A stretch of 64,000 nt of DNA from Schmidtea polychroa (lineage: Eukaryota), in assembly GCA_044892525.1 (NCBI GenBank), contig CM097885.1, positions 9,612,001 through 9,676,000 of the forward strand. The letters are read 5' to 3'. The notes below the pieces were generated by a model. That model had not been told where the DNA came from. It did not search any database and saw only the letters and a list, made by a program, of their open reading frames with translations. The position numbers and the translations under genes are program-made. Positions 23,317 through 32,956 of this stretch are shown here, piece by piece (within the stretch, counting starts at the first letter, position 1; every line of letters begins with the position of its first letter).

Positions 23317-24332
23317 ATTTTTACATTATTTTGCCAAGTAATAGTTGTCCGAATATACATCCAGAAAACACTGCCAGTAAATTTATGGTCAATCTCCAAA
23401 ATCCGATTTATTTAAATGGTAATTGGGAAGTTGCTCTCCTTGACTTTACATTTGTGTACAATCTCTTTCCAATTTATAGTAAAGCTAAAATTGAATATAA
23501 AAAGAAAGAGACGCAAAGAAATATCTCTTTTGTCATTGATAATGTAGAAGATCGAATTGATATTGGTCCTTCCGATTCAATTGTCAAAATGTATATTGAT
23601 CGTCAATATTTAATAGTTGAATGTAAATATCATCCCTTTACTATAAAATTTGATAGTTTAGCAATGGCAAAACGATTGGAATTAACAAGTCAGAGTAATA
23701 GAAATCATACTAATATATTCCAAGTACTACGGCCGAGATTTACCAAAGTAGCAGCGCGATATGAGACAATTTCAATGAAAGTTGAGTTTGAGGGTGAAAC
23801 TGAAAATACATATACGTTTAATGAGAATTTATACATTTCTAAATTGGAGGAATTACAATCATATTTAATTCAGAATTGTGGATCAATATTTAAATCATTG
23901 GAATTAGTAGACAATACTTTGTTCAAATTCAGTTTGAATACTGATATTACTGAAATTACTTTTGATAAAAATCTAATAAAAACATTAGGATTATCAAAAG
24001 GAACATATATTCAAGATGGAAAATTAAATGTAGGTATGAATAAACCGAAAATAATTAAACTTCATCATCAAATGTTTCTCTATACTAATATTATTGAACC
24101 CATAATTGTTGGTGATTCTTTGGTTCCTCTATTGAAATCTATTTGGGTTGAGAAACATGAACAAGATGATGTTGTACAAATCAATGTAGAAAATCCCATG
24201 TATTTGCCTGTTTCAACATCCTGTATAAACAATATAGAAATAAATATAAGAGATGATTCTGGTCAATTAATCGAATTTGCAAAAGATTCAAAAACTCATT
24301 TGACACTACATTTTCGTAAAGTAGATGGCTAA
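23313..24332 (+). CDS. Minor capsid protein (penton)
   Basis: MNFYIILPSNS...NTASKF..L.NPI.L.G.WEVAL and YTNIIEPIIVGDSLVPLL..P.YLPV motifs typical of Polinton pentons. Confidence 0.85.
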   Translation: MNFYIILPSNSCPNIHPENTASKFMVNLQNPIYLNGNWEVALLDFTFVYNLFPIYSKAKIEYKKKETQRNISFVIDNVEDRIDIGPSDSIVKMYIDRQYLIVECKYHPFTIKFDSLAMAKRLELTSQSNRNHTNIFQVLRPRFTKVAARYETISMKVEFEGETENTYTFNENLYISKLEELQSYLIQNCGSIFKSLELVDNTLFKFSLNTDITEITFDKNLIKTLGLSKGTYIQDGKLNVGMNKPKIIKLHHQMFLYTNIIEPIIVGDSLVPLLKSIWVEKHEQDDVVQINVENPMYLPVSTSCINNIEINIRDDSGQLIEFAKDSKTHLTLHFRKVDG

Positions 24333-24714
24333 TTCTGATATTATTAGTATGTATAGTGGTAGCCAAAGTGGTGGCGAATTACCATATTTTGTTGGTAAAC
24401 AGTACGGAAGTGGGTGGTTGAGAACAATTGGTAGATTTGCGTTACCAATTCTTAAACGTATTGGTAATTTCGGTATGAAAACTGCAAAAGATGTAATTAT
24501 GAATGACAAGAAAATATTACCATCGTTGAAATCAAATGCAATTGCTGAAATAAGTAAAGTAATACCTGGTATGTTTAAAACTGAACCAGCACTGGTACCA
24601 GTAAAACGTAAATTTGAAAGTGAAATTAAAACAAGTATGGGAACTAAACGCAAGAGAGGGAGAAGGCATATAAACAAACGAATGAAAGGACACGGAACCA
24701 TATTTGAAGAATGA
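24325..24714 (+). CDS. Basic Polinton core-like protein with protease-site-like motifs
   Basis: QSGG, QYGSG followed by WLRTIGRFALPILK, and a basic C-terminus. Confidence 0.75.
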   Translation: MANSDIISMYSGSQSGGELPYFVGKQYGSGWLRTIGRFALPILKRIGNFGMKTAKDVIMNDKKILPSLKSNAIAEISKVIPGMFKTEPALVPVKRKFESEIKTSMGTKRKRGRRHINKRMKGHGTIFEE

Positions 24715-25937
24715 TTTGCGGTAAATCTGAATTATGTCTATTTGATCGACCATCGCCTCAGGCGGTTATCGAATATGGAGCATTTGAAGATGTATTTCCA
24801 ATGAATTCTATTACCGATAGTAGAAATGATGTGGAATTTTACATTAATGGTTCTCAAACAGAATATTTAGATTTGAACGATACTTTGTTGTATGTTCAAA
24901 TAAAAGTTGTAGATAAAGACAATAAAGCATTAGCTGCAGATGATACAACTGAACCTAATAATTTCTTGTTTCATACTCTCTTTAAAGATGTTATTCTTGG
25001 ATTTAATAACATTAAAATTGAGGGTGGAAACAATACATATGCTCACAAGGCAATTATCGAAACTATTTTAAATTATAATAATGATACTAAAGATACTTGT
25101 CTAACTCCAATGGGATATGGTGTATCTGATGATCGAAAAAAGTGGATTAAAGGCTCAAAAACTTTCAACATGTGTTCATCTCTACAATTGGATTTTATGG
25201 ATCAACCCAAATATTTACTACCAGGTGTTAATGTACATATGAGATTGAAAAGATCTGATTCTGCATTGGCATTATCAACTGGAGTTGCAGGTGCAGCACC
25301 TAAATTAATATTACTCGATGCCAAATTAATGGTTCGAAGAGTTCGATGTGAATCGTCTGTATTAGCGGGACATCAAATTGGATTAAATACCAAACATGCA
25401 ATTTATCCGATAAAAACAAAAGAAATTGTATCATTTGCAATTGCTAAAGGAGCATCATCTTTTTACAAGGAGCAAATATTTGGAGATCGAAGAATGCCTA
25501 ATTTTATCCTTGTAACTTTTCAAAGTGAAGCTCAATATAACGGATCTTATGATACATCTTCATCAAAATTCAAACACTTTAGTGTAACTTCTCTTTCATT
25601 ATCGAAAAATACTGATTATCGAGAAACTTATACTCAAGATTTTGATAATGATAATTATTGTACTTCATATATGCAAAGTCTTGTCAGAAATTTAGGATAT
25701 TTGGATAAAAATCTTAATTGTGGTATAAGTCTGGAAGAATTCAAAACATTCTATCCATTTTTCACATTTGTTCTGGCTCCAGATTTTGATTTAAATCAAA
25801 GTCAATTACCTCAAAGTGGCAATTTGAGATTGGATATTAAGTTCGGTAAAGCAACTACTGAACCAGTCCATGTAATAATCTATGGGGTTTTTGAAAATGA
25901 AATCCAAATTACTGCAAATCGAACTGTACTAGTATAA
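24711..25937 (+). CDS. Major capsid protein (double jelly-roll)
   Basis: KSELCLF..P..Q, YLDLNDTLLYV, NNFLFHTLF, QPKYLLPGV, GNLRLDIKF. Confidence 0.9.
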   Translation: MICGKSELCLFDRPSPQAVIEYGAFEDVFPMNSITDSRNDVEFYINGSQTEYLDLNDTLLYVQIKVVDKDNKALAADDTTEPNNFLFHTLFKDVILGFNNIKIEGGNNTYAHKAIIETILNYNNDTKDTCLTPMGYGVSDDRKKWIKGSKTFNMCSSLQLDFMDQPKYLLPGVNVHMRLKRSDSALALSTGVAGAAPKLILLDAKLMVRRVRCESSVLAGHQIGLNTKHAIYPIKTKEIVSFAIAKGASSFYKEQIFGDRRMPNFILVTFQSEAQYNGSYDTSSSKFKHFSVTSLSLSKNTDYRETYTQDFDNDNYCTSYMQSLVRNLGYLDKNLNCGISLEEFKTFYPFFTFVLAPDFDLNQSQLPQSGNLRLDIKFGKATTEPVHVIIYGVFENEIQITANRTVLV

Positions 25938-25967
25938 ATGAAGAAATTTAAAAGATTAAAGTTTTTT

Positions 25968-26352
25968 ATGGAGTAAGATTTTTATTTTATAATTTAACTT
26001 ATTGATTAGTTCTATTCAGGTGTCTCGAATTGGTACTCAATTATTGGGAAACGAATTTCTTGGAGTTTATCCACTGGATAAAATTCCATATTTGAGAAAT
26101 AATCAAGCCATAATCGTCAATACTCATACATCTAGTTTAGGAGGTGAACATTGGATTGCTGTATATGTGAAACCAAACCGAGTATATGCATTCGATCCCT
26201 TTGGATATTATTACCCAAATTTATTAATTAGTAAATTGCAAACTATTGGTAAACCTATTGTATATAATCGAACTCGGTATCAAAATCCATTTTCAATTAC
26301 TTGTGGCCAACATTGCCTTGCATGGTTGTTATCAATGTATAATTTTGTTTAA
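25968..26352 (+). CDS. pro: Adenain-like cysteine protease; 37-bp intron 25973-26009 (alternative ATG at 25938)
   Basis: Spliced start MDSIQV; IVNT..GEHWIA, FDPFG and Q...S.TCGQHC. Confidence 0.9.
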
Positions 26353-26374
26353 TAAATGTATTAAATGTCACAAG

Positions 26375-26458
<84 letters not shown>

Positions 26459-27148
26459 ATTATAATTATTAATTAATTTTATTATTCATATCAACAAATT
26501 TCATGCACTTGTATTGCATGTCTTTATGTGAGTAACAAAGACATTATTTGTTACTATGTGAGTCATCGATGACTCATTCTTTTTTAAACAAAGACATGAA
26601 TATGTGTGCGTTAATTTTTTCTATCCTATCTGCATTTTGATTGGATAAACGTTACATATATAATCTATATTTTTGTAATTCTTTTTCATTTATTCAAAAT
26701 GCAAAATATTTCAAATGAAATCAAGGAAATGATTCGAAGAAATCGTATGGGTAATTTTTTTTTTAATATGTTTTTATTTTTATTTATATTTTAGTCTACA
26801 TTAATGAAAATAATGTTTCGGGAACTTATAATTTTTCAGCAAGTAATGGAATTGAAAATAATGTTTCCGGAAATTATGGTAAATTTAATTTTTAAATTAT
26901 TATTATTATTATTATGATTTTTTAGTAAATAATGCTGTACACAATCTCGCGTGCAAGAAACCTAAATGTAGGTTTTTTAAAATTTTAAAATTAATATGCT
27001 TTAAATTATTATGATTTTTAAATTAATTTACTTTAAATTATTATGATTTTTTAAATTAATATGAAGTCAATTTTGTTATAAAGAAAATGTATGAAGTCAA
27101 TTTTGTTATGAAACAAATAATGAAATTAATTTTTATAAAGAAAATGAA

Positions 27149-30100
27149 TATGTTTTTATTTAATTAAAATAAATTTAAATATAATACACTTATGAGCAAG
27201 GGAGGGACAGAATATTTTGTCGTATAAACTCAGATTATATAGTAATAATAAATAATAATAATTTTGATAATAATAATAATAATAATTTTGATAATAATAC
27301 TATTTTACTTATTTTATAGGTTATAAATATCCAACCTTTTGTAACAGTGCTACACATCATGACTGTGACGATATTATGGAAAAATATTATGGTCATGAAT
27401 ATAAAAGTGTAACATACTTGTTATGTCCTACATGCCAAACTCTTGAAACATCGACATATACCGAATTTTATGATAAACATCGTAATCATTTAACCCAATA
27501 TATGCCTTCTAAAAAATCAGTTTTCAAAATTGCGTATCAAAAATATATATCATCAACTAATAATAGGAACACCGAAAACTTACAAAATCGACAATTAATG
27601 GAAACATCAACAAAAATCAATAATAGGACCACCAACAAAAGTATGATTAATGCCATGTTGATACAAAATCGACAATTAATGGAAACAGTCAATAGATTAA
27701 TAGGAATAATAGATAATAAAAGACATTTAGAAATTCCCACAGAAATTCCCACAAAAAAGATGAAAGAAATAATAGTCATTAGTGAAGACGACGATGATGT
27801 TGTAAGTAATGAAGTTGTAAATAGTGAAGTTGTAAATAGTGAAGTTATAAATAGTGAAGTTATAAATAGTGAATTTGAAAATAGTGAAAATAGTGAATTT
27901 GAAAATAGTGATGTTGTACCCCAAGTAGGTAGTGGTATAGTCGACGTAGTTTCCGACCTGAATAGTTCCCATGTAATAGTTAAGTTGGATATATCTTCCT
28001 TGAATTGTAAAATTCTTTCTGTTCCTGACGTTCTCATAGAAAAATTGTTAGAAATTGTAAATAAAATGAAATCAGTAAAAATTCAATTTTGTATTAAAGT
28101 AGAGTTTGAGAAAAATGATGAATTTCAGTCTTTCATAATCTCAAACTCTGCTCGTGTATGGAGCGACACATTTATTGATGATGGTATCTCTCTTTTAAAT
28201 GAAAAAATTAGTAAAATAAATGAAAAGGGAAGTAATTGGACCATTAACAAAATAGAATACATTAGTTTTATTGTGACAAAATATTCAAAGATTAGTAGGT
28301 TGAGTGGTCGTAAATATATTGAAACCCCGAAAACATTAATCAGGAAAAAATGTATAATAAATGTAAATAATGATGACGAATTTTGTTTCCTTTACTCGGT
28401 TTTGGCTCTTATAAAATATGATAGTACTCCTGATGAATTGCGTCATCTGCCTAGTTCTTATAACCTTTCAGATCTGATATATAACCCGGCAGATATGCCA
28501 ATGAAATTATCAAATATCTCAAAATTTGAACGACAAAACCCAGGTTATTCAATTAATGTTTTAAGTTATGACGAAACTGGGTTAATTTCGGGTCCCATCA
28601 TGAAACATCCTTTTATAGATATAATTTATCGCAGTAAAATAGTAGGAGGTACTTGTCTAAATTTGTTATTATTACAGAATCGGAAAACCTACCATTACGT
28701 CGCTATATCTGATTTAAACATCTTTCTTAATTGCCGAAATTCATCAATAAGTTCTGTTCGTATTTACTGTAAGTGGTGTCCTAGATGTCTGAATGGATTC
28801 AGATTTGAAGATAGTTTTATTAAACATCAAGGTCTTTGTGAACGAAACCAATTAGGAACCACAATGTACACACTACCAAAAGATCCATTATTAGAATTCA
28901 CAGACTATAGTAAAATGATTACTCCTCCTTTTGTTATTTATGCCGATTTTGAGGCAATCCTTCCTAAAGATTCTAAATATTATCAGAAACATTTACCCAT
29001 TTCGGCTGGACTTTTATGTATAAATAATAATACAGGCGCAAAATTTTATAAATCATTCATAGGCCTTTCTTGTATAGACGAATTTTTAAAAGAAATTAAT
29101 GATATCGCTAAAAAGATTGTAACTCCCTATTATTATAAAAATAAAAATAAGAAAATGATATTCACAGAAAATGACCAAATTAATTTTAATAACAGCACAA
29201 ACTGTCATTTGTGTAAAAAATTATTAGTTAAACCAGTCAGGGATCATGATCACTTTACCGGTCAATTCCTTGGTGCTGCTTGCAACACTTGTAATCTTTC
29301 CAGGAAAATATACCACACACTACCTGTAGTCTTTCATAATTTGAGAGGGTATGATCTCCATCATATCCTCAAATTTGGCTTGGCTAAATATAAGTCCTGG
29401 CATATTTCTTGTATACCGGTGAGAAGTGAAAACTTTTTATCTCTTTTTGTGCATATTGATTCCCTGACTGTGAAATTTATAGATTCTTGTCAGTTTGTAA
29501 ATTCGTCTTTGAAAAATGCTGTCTCAACCCTTAACACATTACCTTTGACAGAATCTGAGTTTAGAGGGTCTATTATTAAGAGTAAAGGGATTTTCCCTTA
29601 TGATGTAGCAACTTCCCTTGATGTATTAATTTCTACATTAGAATTGCCCCCTAAATGGAGTGATGTATCCGATGATGAATACAATAAAGCAAAACTAATC
29701 TGGCAAGAGACATCATGTAATTCCCTTTTGGATTATATGATGGTCTATTTGAAATTAGATGTATTTCTGTTGGCTGACTTTTTTCAGCAATTCCGAGCTA
29801 AGAGTATTGCTCATAATAGGCTTGAGCCTTTGAATTTCCTAGGTATCCCCAGTCTTTCTTGGAGTTCTGCTTTGTTAAGTCTTGATAAACCGATTGAGCT
29901 TCTCACCGACATGGAAATGTATAATTTCTTTGAAGGTGGGATTAGAGGTGGGATAACGTTTGTGAATAAACATTTTGTTAGTAGTGATGAAAATACAGAG
30001 TTGTTGTATATTGACATCAACAACCTGTATGGATGGGCTTTATCACAAAAGCTTCCCGACGGTGGTTTTGAATGGGTGACTGATGACATTGCTTTAGAGA

Positions 30101-31452
30101 GATTATTAATTGAGTGCACAACGGAAGATTTAAATCAACTTGATTATGGCTATACTATAGAAGTAGATTTAAAAATACCGAAATCTATCCATGACAAACT
30201 AGATGATTTTCCGGTAGCTCCTGGTAAGATGTGCCCACCTTTTTCTAAAGTGGAGAAGTTGCTACTTACACACGATCCGAAAACACACTATGTTTTACAT
30301 TGGCGACTTCTCCAAATCTTTCTTCAGTCAGGTGTTGTTGTTACCAAGGTACATAGGGCTATTAGGTATACACAAAGCACTGTCTTCAAGAAATACATAG
30401 ATACCAACACACAACTACGAGCCGCATCCATAACACCGCTCGATAAAGACTATTACAAGTTGCTCAATAACAGTTTGTATGGAAAAACTGTTGAGAACTT
30501 GAAAAAACGTATTAACTTACGACTGTGCATTTCCGCACAAAAACTTATCACATATGCCTCAAAACCGGCATTTAAGAAATCTACTAGGATAGACGATGAT
30601 TTGATTTCGGTTTTGCTTATGAAAGAGTCTGTATGTTTAGATAGGCCCAGCTACATCGGGCAAACTGTACTTGATCTTTCTAAACTGAGAATGTATCAGT
30701 TGCAGTATAATGAATTGCAAAAATATCGCGATGAGTTTAACTGTGAAATTAATATAGTAGCTAGTGATACAGACTCTTTCTTTTTGGAAATTAAAAATTG
30801 TAGTCTTGACATTCTCTTACCTGCCATGATTCGTGACTCCTTGCTTGACACATCTAATTATAACCCACAACATCCTTTATATAGTAGAGCACTAGATTCC
30901 GTCATTGGAAAATTCAAAGACGAGAATAAAGGATTGAGATATAAGGAGTGGGTGTTTCTTCGTCCCAAGTGTTACAGCTTATTAGGTGATAAAGAAACTC
31001 TTAAAGCAAAATCTGTCACGTTGAAAGATACTGGCTTAGATCACAATTCCTATCGTGATTGTTATTTTAACAATAAGGTTTACTCTGTGCCACAATTCCG
31101 CATTGCATCCAAAAATCATCAATTGTACAGCATAAAAAACATTAAGAAGGCGCTGACAAATAGAGATGACAAGCGGTATTGGAAATCGAAAAACAAGAGT
31201 TTGGCATATGGGCATTATCGGATAGGGGACACTTTTATATATGATGATGACGACAATTTTGACGGAGAAGATTACTGATCATTTCGGTAATAATAATAAT
31301 TATTATTATAATTATTATTTTTTATTATTAATAGTTGTCAATGAAGCCAAGATTGTAAGAAACAATCAATGCAACAGACATTTGTAAAAATGACAATGTA
31401 AAATTGTAAATTTGTAATTTAAATATATTTTGTTGATTACTATTTTTCTAAG

Positions 31453-31501
<49 letters not shown>

Positions 31502-31518
31502 TTAATTATTATTATTAC

Positions 31519-31572
<54 letters not shown>

Positions 31573-31965
31573 TTACATAAAGACATTTCATGCACTTGTA
31601 TTGCACTTGTATTGCATGTCTTTATGTGAGTAGAAATTACTCAGTTAGTAACAATGACTCATCGATGAGTCATATTCAGAGAACAAAGCATCGATAATAT
31701 CCAATTCTGATTGGTTAGATGTTATCGATACTTTGTACATCTTTTTCAAATGAGGTAATTATTATTTTTTTATGATTTAAATTTTTTTATAATGAAATTT
31801 TTTTATGATTAATTTTTATTTTTTTTTTATGAAACCAGTTTTTATGAAAACAAATTATATGATTTATGAAATAAATTTTATGAAAACAAACTTTTTTATG
31901 AAGAAATGGGTATGTTTTTATTATTATTATTATTAATATTATTATTATTATTATTATTATTATTC

Positions 31966-32035
<70 letters not shown>

Positions 32036-32901
32036 TGTTATTATTATTATTATTCTGTAGCGACATACAATAAATTTTGGTTTACCAAAAAAGAAGTCTT
32101 CTAAAAATTAGAGTCGTGTGATGAGTCTTTCTTTTAAAAATAAATGATTGGTCTTTGTTCAAAAAAGTCATCGATGAGTCATACAAGTTGGGGGGGAGTA
32201 TGCAAAAAAAAGAAACCCCCTATCTAAACTATGAGTCATCGATGAGTCTTTGTCTATATGTCTTTGTTTAAATGTATTTAAATATTTGATTAAATGTCTT
32301 TGTTTAAATATTTGTTTAAATGTATTTATTTAAATATTTGTTTAAATGTATTTATTTAAATTTTTGTTTAAATGTATTTATTTAAATATTTGTTTAAATG
32401 TATTTATTTAAATATTTGTTTAAATGTATTTATTTAAATATTAAATATGTCTTTGTTTAAAAAATGATGAGTCATACATACTTTAATAATGAGTCAGTTG
32501 GCTTTGTTCCAAAAATGATGAGTCATATGACCTTGTTACTAAAAATAGAATGACCTTGACGAGTCATCGATGCCGTCACATGACCTAGTTACTAAAAATA
32601 GAATGACCTTGATGAGTCATCGATGACGTCACGTGACATTGTTACTAAAAATAGAATGACCTTGACCTAGTTACTAAAAATAGAATGACCTTGACCTAGT
32701 TACCGCGGTTGCTATGGATGAGTCATGTGACCTTGACCCAGTTGCTATGGGTGAGTCATATAACCTTGACCCAGTTACCACTGTTGCTATGGACGAGTCA
32801 TCGATGAGTCATATGTCTTTGTTTTGCGCTGAGTCATGTGGGGGGGTAGTGCAAAAAAAAAGACAAAAAACGATGAGTCATGGAGCACACTTCTCTCTAC
32901 T
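27149..32901. repeat. Right giant inverted arm of the Polinton (includes pPolB)
   Basis: Near-exact reverse complement of 16182-21887. Confidence 0.95.
27376..31278 (+). CDS. polB: Protein-primed family B DNA polymerase, copy 2 (frame also open from an acceptor near 27320)
   Basis: Same motifs as copy 1; two amino-acid differences seen (IIGNK/IIDNK, SWDIS/SWHIS). Confidence 0.97.
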   Translation: MEKYYGHEYKSVTYLLCPTCQTLETSTYTEFYDKHRNHLTQYMPSKKSVFKIAYQKYISSTNNRNTENLQNRQLMETSTKINNRTTNKSMINAMLIQNRQLMETVNRLIGIIDNKRHLEIPTEIPTKKMKEIIVISEDDDDVVSNEVVNSEVVNSEVINSEVINSEFENSENSEFENSDVVPQVGSGIVDVVSDLNSSHVIVKLDISSLNCKILSVPDVLIEKLLEIVNKMKSVKIQFCIKVEFEKNDEFQSFIISNSARVWSDTFIDDGISLLNEKISKINEKGSNWTINKIEYISFIVTKYSKISRLSGRKYIETPKTLIRKKCIINVNNDDEFCFLYSVLALIKYDSTPDELRHLPSSYNLSDLIYNPADMPMKLSNISKFERQNPGYSINVLSYDETGLISGPIMKHPFIDIIYRSKIVGGTCLNLLLLQNRKTYHYVAISDLNIFLNCRNSSISSVRIYCKWCPRCLNGFRFEDSFIKHQGLCERNQLGTTMYTLPKDPLLEFTDYSKMITPPFVIYADFEAILPKDSKYYQKHLPISAGLLCINNNTGAKFYKSFIGLSCIDEFLKEINDIAKKIVTPYYYKNKNKKMIFTENDQINFNNSTNCHLCKKLLVKPVRDHDHFTGQFLGAACNTCNLSRKIYHTLPVVFHNLRGYDLHHILKFGLAKYKSWHISCIPVRSENFLSLFVHIDSLTVKFIDSCQFVNSSLKNAVSTLNTLPLTESEFRGSIIKSKGIFPYDVATSLDVLISTLELPPKWSDVSDDEYNKAKLIWQETSCNSLLDYMMVYLKLDVFLLADFFQQFRAKSIAHNRLEPLNFLGIPSLSWSSALLSLDKPIELLTDMEMYNFFEGGIRGGITFVNKHFVSSDENTELLYIDINNLYGWALSQKLPDGGFEWVTDDIALERLLIECTTEDLNQLDYGYTIEVDLKIPKSIHDKLDDFPVAPGKMCPPFSKVEKLLLTHDPKTHYVLHWRLLQIFLQSGVVVTKVHRAIRYTQSTVFKKYIDTNTQLRAASITPLDKDYYKLLNNSLYGKTVENLKKRINLRLCISAQKLITYASKPAFKKSTRIDDDLISVLLMKESVCLDRPSYIGQTVLDLSKLRMYQLQYNELQKYRDEFNCEINIVASDTDSFFLEIKNCSLDILLPAMIRDSLLDTSNYNPQHPLYSRALDSVIGKFKDENKGLRYKEWVFLRPKCYSLLGDKETLKAKSVTLKDTGLDHNSYRDCYFNNKVYSVPQFRIASKNHQLYSIKNIKKALTNRDDKRYWKSKNKSLAYGHYRIGDTFIYDDDDNFDGEDY

Positions 32902-32956
32902 TTTAGATTATCTGGTCATACACGGCCTGACTATATTCTGTGCAAATAGAAAGATA

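Larger units (their letters stand above)
16182..32901. mobile_element. Polinton/Maverick (adintovirus-like) element, 16720 bp
   Basis: Termini AGTAGAGAGAAG...CTTCTCTCTACT; 6-bp TSD TTTAGA (16176-16181, 32902-32907); pPolB, integrase, capsid and protease genes. Confidence 0.97.
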
